Of a stretch of 64,000 bases of DNA, positions 11,886 through 26,088 are shown piece by piece. Source of the stretch: Octopus vulgaris (Eukaryota); NCBI GenBank assembly GCA_951406725.2, contig OX597814.1, positions 177,134,001 through 177,198,000 on the forward strand. Direction: 5' to 3'. The notes under the pieces were generated by a model. That model was not told the DNA's origin. It ran no database searches and saw only the letters and a list, made by a program, of their open reading frames with translations. The position numbers were made by a program, and so were the translations under genes. The stretch's first letter is position 1, and each line of letters begins with the position of its first letter.

Positions 11886-12030
11886 TTCGTTTTCTTTTTT
11901 TTTTTTATTTGGTTCAGAGGATTATGCTCAAGATGGCTCCGTCATTCACACTTGCCATCCTTGCTACATCCATCCATCTTCTTTTGAAACATTCACTAGA
12001 CAAAAACTTCCCTCTCTACTCCCACCTGAT

Positions 12031-12093
<63 letters not shown>

Positions 12094-12259
12094 TATAAAT
12101 TAGGGTATCGGAGAGATACCACCATGCTGAAATAGCAGTCAAAACCCTGACCCTAAAACCACTTTAAATGTTCATATCGCGCCATGAGAGAAGACAGAGA
12201 CAAAATAAACTTGCAAAAATTTTACTGGATAATTCAAGATCCTGGATTTCTGGCTTTGC

Positions 12260-12317
<58 letters not shown>

Positions 12318-12571
12318 TAATAAATGAAATAAAACATGTGCATATATATAAACATATATGTACGTACCTACATCTACATGTACATATACACGCATATATG
12401 AGTACAGGACACCAAAGGGACGTCGAACACAAAGAGAAACGAAAACATAGACACAAACCAAAGGAACTGGACATTTTTTTAAAAACAACAAAAAATGGAG
12501 TACAGGACAATTAACACAACGAAAAAACCCCTTCTTCAGTTGCTAAGGTTTCATCTACTCTACGTTTCGAA

Positions 12572-12619
<48 letters not shown>

Positions 12620-12945
12620 GGAGGAGAGAGAGGGAGAGAGAACAATTATGAACGGAGGAATTTTCTGCTAAAATTAACAGCTTATACAACAGTTTAGATG
12701 TGGACTTCATCAGGGATAACTTTCCAGAAAGAGAAAACTGATCAGATAAAAGTCGAGTAAATCATTCAAGTAACAAACAAACAAAACATAATCGAAAATG
12801 GGAACGCTAAAACAAAAACAAAAACAAAAATAAAGACAAAAAACAAAATTAAAGACAAAACGGAAGAAATGTTGCCAAATAAAAACAACCCAAGGTAAAC
12901 AAACTCTAACAACTGCAATAACAACATTTAATCAAAACAGGCAAA

Positions 12946-12946
<1 letters not shown>

Positions 12947-13005
<59 letters not shown>

Positions 13006-13215
13006 GTTTCTTTTTCTTCATCTTCTGCTTCTGCTGCTACTACTGCTGCTGCTGTTGCTGCTGCTACTACTACTACTTCTACTACTACTACTACTGTTTC
13101 TTTTTCTTCATCCTCTGCTTCTGCTGCTACTACTGCTGCGGCTGTTGCTGCTTCAACTACTACTACTACTACTACAAACTACTACTACTACCACTACTAC
13201 AAACTATTACTACCG

Positions 13216-13258
<43 letters not shown>

Positions 13259-13328
13259 ACCACCACCACTACTACTACTACTACTGCTGCTTCTTTTTCT
13301 TCATCTTCTGCTTCTGCTGCTGCTGCTG

Positions 13329-13389
<61 letters not shown>

Positions 13390-13390
13390 A
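12947..13390. repeat. (CTA)n/(CTG)n trinucleotide array with higher-order duplicated spacer
   Basis: TTTCTTTTTCTTCATC(T/C)TCTGCTTCTGCTGCT occurs three times inside (CTA)n. Confidence 0.9.
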
Positions 13391-13857
13391 GTGTTTACTT
13401 CCGTGTGTTCGAACATGTCTTCAAATTGCTTTGATAAATTTGGATTATTACCAAGTTTTATTGGATGAAATACTTTGGTTTATGATAATTTTACTTGCAG
13501 GAGAATTCGAAACTTTTAGATGGTCGTCCCAGTACCTAGGGGGTATGCGAAAAAGTTTTGCACTTTTAGGCATATTGTACGTATTTTACCTTTCGTATTT
13601 ACATTAATTTCAATCCGAGTTCACTTCTAAAGTAGCGAGAAACATCCCCAAGGATACTAATATTAAACGTCATAGAAGCAAAAAAAAAAAAAAAAGGAAG
13701 ACAAGCAAACGTTTTCTTAAGTGAAAATAAAGCAATTTGAAGTGAAAATATTAATTTACAAGACACAAAGACATCAGCAACAACAATTTTTTTGTTATCG
13801 AGACTAGCTGTAATAGTAGACATTACTAAACTGGTAAAGGAAAAAAACTATCACGAA

Positions 13858-14248
13858 GGCGCAGGAATGGCCGTGTGGTAAGTAGCTTGCTTACCAACCA
13901 CATGGTTCCAGGGTCAGTCCCACTGCGTGGCACCTTGGGCAAGTGTCTTCAACTATAGCTTCGGGCCGACCAAAGACTTGTGAGTGGATTTGGTAGACGG
14001 AAACTGAAATAAGCCCGTCGTATATATGTATGTGTGTATATGTTTTTGTGTCTGTGTTTGTCCCCCAACATCGCTTGGCAAACGATGCTGGCGTGCTTAC
14101 GTCCCCGTAACTTAGCAGTTCAGCAAATGAGACAGATAGAATAAGTACTAGGCTTTTACAAAGAATAAGTCCTGGGGTAGATTTGCTCGACTAAAGGTGG
14201 TGCTCCAGCATGGCCGCAGTCAAATGACTGAAACAAGTAAAAGAGTAA
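13858..14248 (+). mobile_element. SINE family A, full length
   Basis: Colinear with 6644-7050 from head to tail. Confidence 0.92.
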
Positions 14249-14439
14249 GCCTAAGTGTTTCTTTGTCAAAGGGTTTTAGCTAAGGATGGGCAAGAAAGAA
14301 AGCATCTCAGCCTTGCGAAAACAAGATGGGGCTCTTAGTTGCTCTCTAAAACAATGGTTGAAAGAGACCCTAAGCAATGTATGAAACTATGCTGAAATGT
14401 TCCTGAGTTTAAGGGTAACGCGGAGGCCCAACCTTTCGA

Positions 14440-14586
14440 GTTATTTGACAGTGCTTAGAAAAGCTGAAAGACCGCTGCAATAAGTGTGTGTATTTGAGAG
14501 GGGAATATATTGAATAAAATCATAATTAACTGATCCTCCTGTATTTTCTTTTACCCAACGCCGAGAAATTTTCAGCACCCCTGGTA
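14440..14586 (+). mobile_element. 3' end relic of a mariner-like element
   Basis: Reads LEKLKDRCNKCVYLRGEYIE* (mariner C-terminus), followed by the TIR-like TTTTCAGCACCCCTGG-TA. Confidence 0.7.
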
Positions 14587-15387
14587 TGTTTTTTTTTGTG
14601 GACCGAAACAGGACATACAGGAATGTGCAATTATCTTCAAAGTAGAAGGCAAGACAAGACAAAGAGAAGAGCTGGTGTGTTACACATCTTCCTACAAAAT
14701 AGTGAGCTAATACATGGGACACCGGAACAAGGTGGAAAGCATTTGTAGCAACTGTAGCCCTTGGCTTGTCGATATTTTGTGACATACTGGAGATAGGTGG
14801 TAATTGCAGAGGTATGAAACGTACTGGTGACCCTTGACGACCAACATAATCTTGGAGCTGTATCAAATTATAAGTGCTTACGGAAAGGCGTCAAGACTGG
14901 TGGTGAATGGCAGATATCACAGGTATTACATACATGTAACAGTAGGAGTTTCTTGAAAGCTTTCCACCCGGATGAGATAGAAAGGCAAAGGAAGAGAAAA
15001 AACCCAGACACTTATAGAGACAGTAACAACAGCAAGGTAAAAAAAAAATATTGCTTCCAGAGTAACATTGAACGCAGTTCTGAACCGAAAAACCTTCACT
15101 TTCTCCTTACTGTCAGGAGCCGAAGTGTAAGAAGTCGAACGGCCAACTGTATTACCATTGCTGAGTTTTCAAGCGTTAAGCAGTAAAGCAATATAAAACT
15201 GTCCCCAAAGAAGAGGTAAAAATGAAGAAAGAACAAAATTAAAAACAAAGGTAAGAACAACAAGAGAATACACCCTATTTCGAAACATGAGATTCACAGT
15301 TGTTCGAACTACCAACGAATATTTAATAGGAATAAATGATATCATGTAACAACAATGTAAGAGCTATATACAGAGTGAAAAGGAGGA

Positions 15388-15670
15388 AATCATCATTCAT
15401 CATCATTGTTCGACCGTGGTCGAGACAATGGAATTTACCATGCTACGCCAGACTTCACGGTCCATCATGGCATTACGGAGGTCCTGTTGCTGGATGCCTG
15501 TATCCCTGGAGATTACATCAGGGTAGGAGAGTGTGCGCCCTCTGGTATTGCGAGTAGATGGCTTCCAGAGGAGAAGAGTAGAAATTACCTCTTTTTCAGC
15601 TTTACAACAATGTCCAGCAAACTGGACTCTCTTACCTTTCACAAGAGATGACACAGGAGGAAATAGATTG
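15388..15670 (-). mobile_element. RTE-clade LINE 3' fragment
   Basis: ORF 15403-15702 reads RVQFAGHC...LLLWKP...RGRTLSYPDVISRDTG...AMMDREVWR, a typical RTE C-terminus, followed by a (TGA)n-like tail. Confidence 0.85.
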
Positions 15671-15689
15671 AGAATTAAAAAGGAAACAT

Positions 15690-16260
<571 letters not shown>

Positions 16261-16415
16261 CTTATCTGTAAGTAGCAGCTTTATTATTCAAATATTAATG
16301 GAGAACTAATGGCAACGACGTGGAAAATTTCATCTCGACGCTGTAGTTGTTGTTACTGGTTGAATATAAATGAAAATTGCAGCCAGAAAAGGGAGAAAAG
16401 AATAGAGAAAGGAAG

Positions 16416-16421
<6 letters not shown>

Positions 16422-16500
<79 letters not shown>
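16422..16500. repeat. (GA)n microsatellite
   Basis: Directly visible. Confidence 0.95.
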
Positions 16501-16503
<3 letters not shown>

Positions 16504-17219
16504 TTGGCTACGTTAGTCAATAATACTGATATGACGCTACTGAGTGAAATGTCTTACTTTTCGAGGTGGAAGACGAAGATGATTTCTTCAGAATTTCTTG
16601 TGTTTGTAATGTGTTTTTCTATGTGTTAAGATGAGATGCAGGAAATGTATTCTACACTGTATTTGGAAATGCCATCCTATATGAAATCATCATCATCATC
16701 ACTCTTCTTCTTCTTCTTCTTCTTCTTCTTCTGTTAACAGAAATCGCCTGTCACATTGCTCTGGCAGCTTTGAGAATAGTTGTTTGCTTGTTTAGGGTGT
16801 TTTTTTTTTATTGTTGTATAACACTTTTATTGTGTTGCGGAAGTGGTTGTGAGAAGAGTAGAGTGGTCATTTTCTTGTCCGTCCCAGATAAGGAGCGGTA
16901 TTTGTTTTGAAAACAATTTCTGTTTACATTTAATATTGGAAAAAAAAAATTATAAAAATTGCAAATGGCGTCGTTTAACGAAAAAAGACAGGAGAAGTAG
17001 GGGAACCTTCATTATCACATTTATGAACGAAATTCCACCCCCATCTGGTTTAAGTGCTTTAAAAAAAAAATAACACAACCACCTCTGTTACCGTTTCCTT
17101 TGACCATATTAGCAACACCAACAACATGAGTACATCGAGTAGCAGTAATAGCAATAACAGCATCAATACTTCTGTCATAAGTACAAAGTAACCTGAGAAC
17201 CATCGCAGGATTAATCATT

Positions 17220-17780
17220 GCGCTTGTAACTCAGAACCTAGAGCGTGAAGTTTACTCTGGATGCTATCGTAGTTCGCTGGACCCAGAACGCTGGCCGACA
17301 ATCCCATTAAAATGCTTAGGATATACTTCTTCACGTGGATAAGAAATAGGACAAGATTACGAGCCTGAGAAGGGAACCTCCCTGAAAAATCAAGTAGAGG
17401 TGGCGAACAAATACACCTGTTCCGTTACTTATTACCATGTGATATCGTGTCTTGCGTCAGTTTCTATGTGAGTAGAGATGTTAGCCGCTTGTCAGGTATG
17501 TCTTTCCACAATCCGCATCTTCGACAGAACTGCATTTCTGCGAAAGTTCAGGCGAAGGTCGAGCAAAGGTCATGTTGGCCGGTGCTATGTCAAGACTTGT
17601 ACTCTGAGCGGACAACAGCGATGAAATTATTGGAAAGCGGTTTTTAGGCGTCGGCGAAAATAAACCGTTCAGTGTATTCCGGACATAAACTCATCAACTA
17701 GTTCTACAAGTGTATTAGCAGTTCGATTAAATTTCATAGGCACGAAAAAGCCGTGAACCGAGCATGTGCGAGATAGTCCC
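17220..17780 (+). mobile_element. Old Tx1/L1-like LINE RT-thumb fragment
   Basis: Across frameshifts it reads ..DNPIKMLRIYF.. and ..TSLKNQVEVANKYTCSVTYY.., resembling the 'PVKxLGxxF...LSLKGRxEVANxYIxSxxxY' region of Tx1/L1 ORF2. Confidence 0.5.
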
Positions 17781-18902
17781 AGAGCGAGGAAATAAATCTA
17801 TAGTATTTGTTCAATATTTGAACTTGCTGGCATGTAATATAAAACAGCAGTGCACACAAAGAATCCAGTTATCAATAAAAACCATTGTCTCGCCGCCTTC
17901 CTTTGACCAGAAATCACAAGCAATAACTTGTAATAAGGTGTTGTCATTTTTGTTATGGAGAATGATTTCAGGATAATAATATGCTAGAGACCTTATGACA
18001 TGTCTATATGCTAAAGTTTCACAGTATTTTATCATTGTCACTTTTTAAGATAGGTGACGGTTCATATGAGTGCCGCTAAACTTTTTCTCGAAGCTTTTGT
18101 TTTGAAAATTGCTTACTACGTTATTCTGTTTCCAAATAGATACTATGTGATGCATTATCTTCAGAATTTACACAACACATGGAAGTTACCATTCATTTTG
18201 TAGGAATTGTTGCTATTTCTTTTCAATATATCAAGTGTTGCTATTTCTTTTCAATATATCAATAATATCCAATATATCTGTTCGTGTATTGCGGAAATCA
18301 TCGCTTTTATTATCCTCATTCAGGATGGATTTGCACTGCGACATCCAGATATCGTGAACTCTGGCATTGTTAAAACAATCCTTTATGGTCGTTCACCACG
18401 ATTCACTAATGTACCATCAAAATGTTTGTTTTGCTACCGATTTCGATACAGACTTTTGCTGATCGAAGTCTGTTATTTTACTGAGAATTTTATTACAGCG
18501 TACATAATTAATTTGTTACGTTCGTTTTTCTATTATAGTCAATAAGGGCATGGGTCAGACTTCCTGTGAGCTCTCTGACGTTGAGTAATGTTTTATTACA
18601 TTCTCTTTTAGAGATATACACTCGTTGATATCCTTACATATTATGTAGTATGTAATGTTTTTTAGTAGCTTTCTCTCAGTCCAAGCAACAGAATTTAGTT
18701 CAGTCACTCACCACTTTAACGTCACAGTACTGGATAATAACTGGAAATACAAATGTGTTGATAGTAAAGATAGAAGTTTTGATTCAGTCAATATATTCAT
18801 TATATATTCTTGTTCGGACAACTTTCGTACAGAGTAATACTCTCATCTATACTCATATATTATGTATATTGCATGACGTAGGTTTTTAGAGTTCATATAT
18901 TA

Positions 18903-19138
18903 CCTATTTCTTTACTAACCCACAAAGGGCTAAACACAGAGGGGTCAAACAATGACAGACAAACGGATTAAGTCGATTACATCGACCATAGTGCGTAACT
19001 GGTACTTATTTAATCGACCCCGAAAGGATGAAAGGCAAAGTCGACCTCGGCGGAATTTGAACTCAGGATGTAGTGGCAGACGAAATACCGCTAAGCATTT
19101 CACCCTGTGTGCTAACGTCTCTGCCAGCTCGCTGCCTT
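18903..19138 (-). mobile_element. SINE family B monomer with TSD
   Basis: TSD GTTCATATATTA at 18891-18902 and 19141-19152. Confidence 0.92.
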
Positions 19139-19177
19139 GTGTTCATATATTAGCCCCCCTTCCTGGAATTCTACATC

Positions 19178-19408
19178 TATTTCGTTACTACCCACAAGGG
19201 GCTACACACAGAGGGGACAAACAAGGACAGATAAACGGATTAAACCGATCATATCGACCCCAGTGCGTAACCGGTACTTATTTAATCGACCCCAAAAGGA
19301 TGAAAGGCAAAGTCGACCTCGGCAGAATTTGAACTCAGAACGTAACGGCAGACGAAATACGGCTACGCATTTCGCCCGGCGTGCTAACGTTTCTGCCAGC
19401 TCGCCGCC
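19178..19408 (-). mobile_element. SINE family B monomer with TSD
   Basis: TSD TTCCTGGAATTCTACATC at 19160-19177 and 19409-19426. Confidence 0.93.
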
Positions 19409-20384
19409 TTCCTGGAATTCTACATCGTCATATTCAATAGCCAGTTTATCAAGTTTCATTGCCAGTTTTTTCCTTTCTCCAGTCGAAAGGACATCTTAAA
19501 TCTTGCTAAATTCCTTAAGAACGATGTAAAATCTCTCAAGCTGGTTACCATTTGCATCATACAGTTTTTAGCTATCCATGAAGAAGAGATGAAAGATGGA
19601 CCCTTTCTTCTCTCTCTCCAAATTTCAAATAGCATACGATAAAATGACAACTGTAAGTATTGTCGTATTGTCCTTTTGAAATATCTCAATAAATATGAGG
19701 CTGGAACTTGCGTCAATGGCGCTGTTGTTTGCTTGTAAGAGCTGCCATTGTTGTTTTAACGATATCCGCAAGATATCCACTAGGGTATCGTCAAATTGAT
19801 TTGCTTCTGATTCGGTGGTTAGCCAGTTTGTGAGACCGTTTCTAAAACTTTCTTGAAGTCGATCCAGACACGAGACAGGCTGCTTTTTGTACATTCGCGT
19901 CGTCATCCTATATTATTTTGTTGCGAATTAATTGATAGATTGTCCAAAGTATTCAACAAAAATTACATTGCTTTTAGCAAATGTTCAGTCATACTGTTTG
20001 ATACCAGCTCATTGTAAACTAAAACAATACTGGATGAAGCGAATGTACAAAAATAAATAAATAAATTCATAAATAAATTAATAAATAAATGAGCCTGTCT
20101 AGTGGTTCGGTTTTAGGTATGAAAAATTATTGTTTAAATTTTAAAAGAAATAATACTGCGGTGTCACAGTGTTTTAAAGAGAATAGTAATAAAACCCTGT
20201 TTATTAAAAGTGTTTGGATTTATGGTCATTCTTGTCATTAATCAAATAATCAAATAGAAAGAAACAAATAAACAGATTTCTACTGTTGTATAGTGATATA
20301 CATACATACACGCATATATACATATACACATATCCGATATTTACATGCTATTATTTATAGCTTTATATGTACTTCGAGATCCAA

Positions 20385-20443
<59 letters not shown>

Positions 20444-20639
20444 CAATTGGGAGCAAATAATTCACGTAAAAATAATTTACGAAGATATCATTGACTCTAT
20501 TGTTATTATTATTTAGTGTAACAATTTAAAAATGATAGTAACAGAATCAATAATATAGGCGATTGCAGGCCCCACCCAAAAGCATTAAATAGCTGAAGGA
20601 CTAAAATTAATCAAAGGACAAGCTAAATATGCTCTTTGA

Positions 20640-20706
<67 letters not shown>

Positions 20707-20724
20707 TATTAGAGACAAAATAAT

Positions 20725-20767
<43 letters not shown>

Positions 20768-20895
20768 TCAAGTAACATACTGAGGAAAAGTAATACTTCA
20801 AAGGATTGTGTTAAACATCCAATTCACTAGTACGTCAGTTGGATACCATATAATTATTGGTATGATTCAATTATAAAGAAAAGTTAGATATGGAG

Positions 20896-21752
20896 ATATT
20901 CTATTGACAATCCAATAATTTATTTATATTACAATATTGCATTAAATACTATGAATATAATAAATAACATAAAATAACATTATATATTATAAATAATTAT
21001 AAAAACAACAAAAGACCAACAAATTATTTCGACTAATATATATTTTTTCTGATAAACATAATCACAGTTCCAGAAAATATAAAGTCACTTCAGGGTTTTG
21101 GCTTTAGAAAAAGGCGAAATACCGTGTGAAAAGACGGCAGGATTGTAAAAATTAATTCAAATGCCTGTTTTATGAGCGTGAGCATTAACTATTCAATCAT
21201 AAATCAATTGCAATTCAGAAACAACAAAAACACTTTAACGGACGATGCAGTCAAGTAAGTGCAACCCACAACCATCGAATTTCACTTCATTATATCTCAA
21301 ACACATACCAATTGAAACCCTTTCATGTTCAAATAATCGCTTGTCATCACAACATACAGCAATAAGATATGTGTGTATATGAATGTATATAATTAAGTAT
21401 CTAGGTCTTCTCCTACGTATAACTGCAACCAAAATATACAAACAGTTACATCTTCAATACAACAACTCTTTTATCTATTTAAATTAGTTGGTATAAAAAT
21501 ATTGATTAAATTAATTAATAATAACATTCTATATTTATTATTTTCTCCACGGGATAAATCCGTAAATTACTGCCAAAATAGACTGTAAATGTGATAAACC
21601 AAAATACCCCATATATATATATATTTATATAAATTTTTTATTTTATGTTATATATTATTATTAATTTATATAGTAATATTTTATTTAATATTATTTCAGC
21701 ATTTAATGTAATATTGTAATATAAATAAATTATTGGATTGTCAATAGAATAT
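20896..21752. repeat. Element bounded by 52-bp inverted repeats
   Basis: 20896-20947 and 21701-21752 are reverse complements with one mismatch. Confidence 0.8.
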
Positions 21753-22454
21753 TTCTTTATGTATAGATATATATATATATATGCATGTATGTATGTATAT
21801 CAATTAAAATTAAGGATAAAATCTATATGGGATTTTATCAATGTAACTAGCATGTGAAAACCAATTAAGGTAAAAATTAATACAAAGTATACAATTCTAT
21901 AAATATAATTGTAAAATTATTATGTGGGCAGTTACAAGTTTAATGCCACATGCAAAAAAAAAAAAAAGATGCCAAATGGCTCTAAACTGCCTTATCTATC
22001 ACATAGAAACGTACTGAAAGCAAGAGAATGAACAAAAACAGTTTCTTTGAAAAAGTTCAATCATATATCGATAAATTTCAGGCTTAATGATGTAATTACA
22101 CTCTACCATCTGCAGTATGACATAACAGAAAGTACATAATTATAAACATTTATACATACCATACGAACACAGCGTACCCACGTGCATTTACAAATGTTCA
22201 CTCTTATATACAAGTCAAAACTCTAGTTCGTTCATCTCAGCCATGTGTGAATAACAAACTAATTCAGCAGTGAATAAATTTTGGCTTAAGTGAATTCATA
22301 TTTATATGCTGAAGCATTAATCTTTATAGGTCTTTCAATTTTTTTCAACTGATCAATAGACCAATTGAGTAGACCTATCAGTAACGTAACTCCTGGAAAC
22401 AGATGTAAGCCAAATTTACTGTAATAAAGAAAATTTGTAATGACCTTTATTTGT

Positions 22455-22493
<39 letters not shown>

Positions 22494-22514
22494 ATGTATA
22501 TATATATTATATAG

Positions 22515-22574
<60 letters not shown>

Positions 22575-22587
22575 GATTATGTATATA

Positions 22588-22770
22588 GGGGAGAGTTCAC
22601 AAAAAAAAGAAAAAGACGAAGACAGGTGGTGTAGAAAACAAACAGATGTATTAGTATAACGCTCAAGAATTGAAAAAGTATTTTACGTTTCGTGCCTACG
22701 CGCTTCTACAGAAAGGAACACAGAAAGAAACAAGGAGAGAGAAAAATGTGTGTAGTGGCTACCGATCTAT
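22588..22770 (-). mobile_element. Repeat family E copy in (TA)n
   Basis: Reverse-complement match to 2516-2642; direct match to 38590-38760. Confidence 0.7.
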
Positions 22771-23394
22771 ATATATACATGTGTGAACGTGTGTGTGTGT
22801 GTGCATACTACTGTTAAAACAACGAACACACTCACCCGTATTTGTAGAAGATATATACAAGTACACATAGTAAACTTCTTAATCCACTCAACAACTCTCC
22901 TCCCTCTATTTAAATCCTTTTAATAATGGAAGTTTAACTCTTACCCACCCACTTACCATACCCAGTCTTTTACACTGCTCCAGAAATTAGTTGTTTGTTT
23001 CAAACACACATATATACATGCACGTACACTTGCACATCTACATTTACTGTCTGAGAAATGTTATGCAACTATACAGTATAAACGTTAATGTAAATTCATA
23101 TAGGATGTTCACAGTAACTTTAGTTTGACTAATGAGTACTTAGTTTCAATGTAAGGATATTTAATTCCGGAAATATTCTGCTGAAATGATGAAAATTTGG
23201 CAACTCTGGCTAATATTTCACGATAAATTTCAATTACAGATTAGGTAAGAATGGATGTGATTGTAGTTATTGCAAATAATGCGCAATATTGGTGCTAAAT
23301 AGCACAATGCTTCATAATGCTTCCTGAGTGAAAATAAATATTTTGGACATCTATGATTTTCTATAATCAACAAATCCCACTTTATTTAAATCCC

Positions 23395-25528
23395 AAATGG
23401 ATAAATGATTAAGAAAATCAATACGAAGAGACCAAACATCGCGAACGAAAACGATGTTATTCAACTTGAGTTTGCAGCTAGTTTCTCTTCGAAAGCAATA
23501 TCGAAGCTTGAATTTGAACAAAGTTAAAGCAATTGAATAATAAGATAAAACCTTTATTGTTTACTGCCCAGTTTGACTTGAACAGTGATAAAACTGACTG
23601 TGTGTTGAATGTGAAAATGTTTTTAATAATATCAGTTTAACTCCAGCTCGACTAGAATGGCATTTCAAGGTTATACGATCCATTTCTTTTAAATGCAAGA
23701 ATATTTTAAAAGGGATCAAGGGCAACCCCTATTTTCGTTAATAATGTGAACAAATATTTTAATTGCATGGCATTGGTTACTGATTAGCAAATACAGGTGA
23801 AAAACATACTATCACAGAAAACTTAAGGCTTTGAGCAAACGATTCGATGAAATGATGATAGATAAAAATATGCAAAAAATTTTGATAATGTATTAACGTT
23901 TTATGAACTAAAGCTGCAGTTTAAAGATGTATTCATGGAATGTTAAATAACTGTGAAACTGAGTCGTGTTAAAATGAACACAGAAGCTGGCATTTGGCAA
24001 TTCAAGCTAATATTACACGGTAATTTTCAATTGCTTTCAGTTTACGTAACAATAAATAGTGCACGATATTGGTGTGAAATAGTTTAAGGATTTTTATAAT
24101 GCATGCGTAGAGAAGACGCGGTTGAGGTCACATCTTCAAATGGATGAATCAATAGATGTTGCTGGTTTAGCAGTTTTGTTTGCGCTAAAGGCTGCATTTA
24201 TGAAGATAGTATTAATTTGTCGTGTCGGTCTTTGGAGATATCATGCTACAACGGGAACAATGTTTAATTTAATTTATTTCTGCACAAGAAAAGAAAAATT
24301 TCGCGGTAACTTCACGAATACTTGTATGAATGGAGCTGCAGCTATGATTTGGAAGATATCCGATACGGCTGCAACAATAAAAAAGAAAAATTCAGTCAGA
24401 ATGTTGATGGCATTCACTATAGTTTTTACCGTCAAGCATTAATAGTGAGGTGTATACTTTAATATCTGAAAGAAGTTGTAAATGCTATTATAAAACTGGT
24501 CAGTTTTATTAAACCAAGACCAGAAAATGCAAGAAGTTTTCGTTTATTATGTGAAAATATTGGAAATCTGCATGCAACGCTACTACTACATACAGAAGTG
24601 CAGTGATCATTGCAATGAAAAGTGTTTAGTACAATTGCATGAAGGAATTGGGTTATTTCTGTCTTAATATCTTTTTAACTTTCAACTGTACTAAACGATC
24701 ATTGTTAGACGAAAAAAAAAGATGGCGTATGTTTCTGTGATATATCCACTTACTAAAATAAGCTTGATCATGTAGTGCAGAATATAATATAGCATGTTTC
24801 AATGTCGAAAATAAATTAAACGCACTTAAGTGTAAACAAAATCTCTGCGATGCTTATGTAGCTTAGGATGATATAAAATGTTTCGAAATTTTTAGTGATA
24901 TTTTAAAACTATCAAACAGTTTCCCTAAGCCAAAATAAAAGATTCAATTTAGCAATACCAGTATTTTCCAGTTAAAACGTAGAGCCAACTTTGGGTAAAA
25001 TACCCATTTGTAAACTCGTTAAACTTAGGAAATCTTTTACGTGAAGAAAATAGCAGAAGATAGACTTTACAACAGATTTTATCCATGGCAATATCTGTTT
25101 AATGGGCTTGCGCATGTACGCGCTTGTGCTTGTGTGAAACTGCAGAAGCGTATAATCTTTATTTTCTAGCATGTATATAAATACATGTTTATGGCATACC
25201 TTTCACATGAAAGGCATTTACAACAATAGTAGAAACAGAATCAGATGCTGACTTGCGGTTACGAGTGCTATCCATAATTTCAAAGACTAAGTCATGATGT
25301 AACCCGAAGCAGGTTCATCTAACGAACTGATTTTTGAAGTTTTACTCATGAAGTTGGATTTCTGAAACTACTAATGCTAGAAAGATATATAAATAATCTA
25401 GCACAATGTTATTTTAATACTCACTTGCAGCATGGTTATAATAATTATATTTGCAGCTGTCTTTTAGGTTCCAAAACATTTCTGCTAATATATAGCATTC
25501 CATGAATTCGAAAGGTTTGAAATCCCTG
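23395..25528 (+). mobile_element. Decayed hAT transposon of Charlie/Buster type
   Basis: Relics of CV..SLTPARLEWHF (BED-like), LQMDESIDVAGLAVL, CMNGAAAM and FIKPRPENARSFRLLCENIGNLHATLLLHTEV; the 3' end AAAGGTTTGAAATCCCTG resembles a hAT TIR. Confidence 0.8.
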
Positions 25529-26088
25529 TCTATAGATAAAGTATTTACCGCCAGTCAGCTTTAACAGACAGATCTATAAGACAATTAAAATATGACAGGA
25601 GACGGTAAGAAAAATCTTGTGTGTAGTCTCAATGAGGACATGATCAAAACAATAAGAGCTGTTGGGTAAATCATGGTATTCGAAGTTGCTCAGAATCCGT
25701 AAAAAGATAATGGTGACTAAAGTAATATTAATAAATATCTCTCATTAAACATCATTACGAGCTCCGACACACTAAGACAGCAACAGCTCTATCTTCCTCA
25801 TATCACATTCTATTGTTCTGACAATGTAGTCTGTCTTTGATTCTGGTCTGCTCGCTCAAAGACGATCCGGAATAAAACAGCTACAACAATCTCATCAACA
25901 ACTGCTATTGTTACTAGGAAATGTTTCATGGAACTAGACGTTAAACAATTTAGGAGAGTAGTCTTTCTGCGCCTATTCTAGATTGGTTGTCTCTATATCT
26001 AACAAAACTTTCACTTATTGGAGAATCCAAACTAAGACTTTCACATTACCGACCCACATTATGTTATATAGTGCACTTGCTGCTGAAT

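Larger units (their letters stand above)
17810..20040 (-). mobile_element. Old R4/Dong-type (RLE) LINE relic interrupted by two SINEs
   Basis: Minus strand shows LSRVWIDFKK (cf. LSxAWIDYKKAYD), IFQ, IFHLFFMDS*KLY (cf. INHLLYMDDLKLY), KW*VTEL..RKLL, RVYISKRE, and YPEIILHNK (cf. RLE RPDIV). Many stops. Confidence 0.8.

Noticed and set aside
12947-13390. CRISPR-like repeat/spacer array or signal-peptide protein (ORF 13055-13468)
   Set aside because: It is a slippage-duplicated microsatellite in eukaryotic DNA, with no unique spacers or cas genes.
13443-13490. Imperfect hairpin as a miRNA precursor
   Set aside because: Weak AT-rich pairing with bulges and no recognisable mature miRNA.
18952-19499. 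Recurrent peptides such as RPRKDERQSRPRRNLNSE and IDPERMKGKVDLGGI suggesting a gene family
   Set aside because: They are chance translations of SINE family B copies.
17810-20040. Long stop-poor minus frame as a host pseudogene or endogenous virus
   Set aside because: The motifs map in order onto an R4/Dong-type LINE RT and RLE domain.
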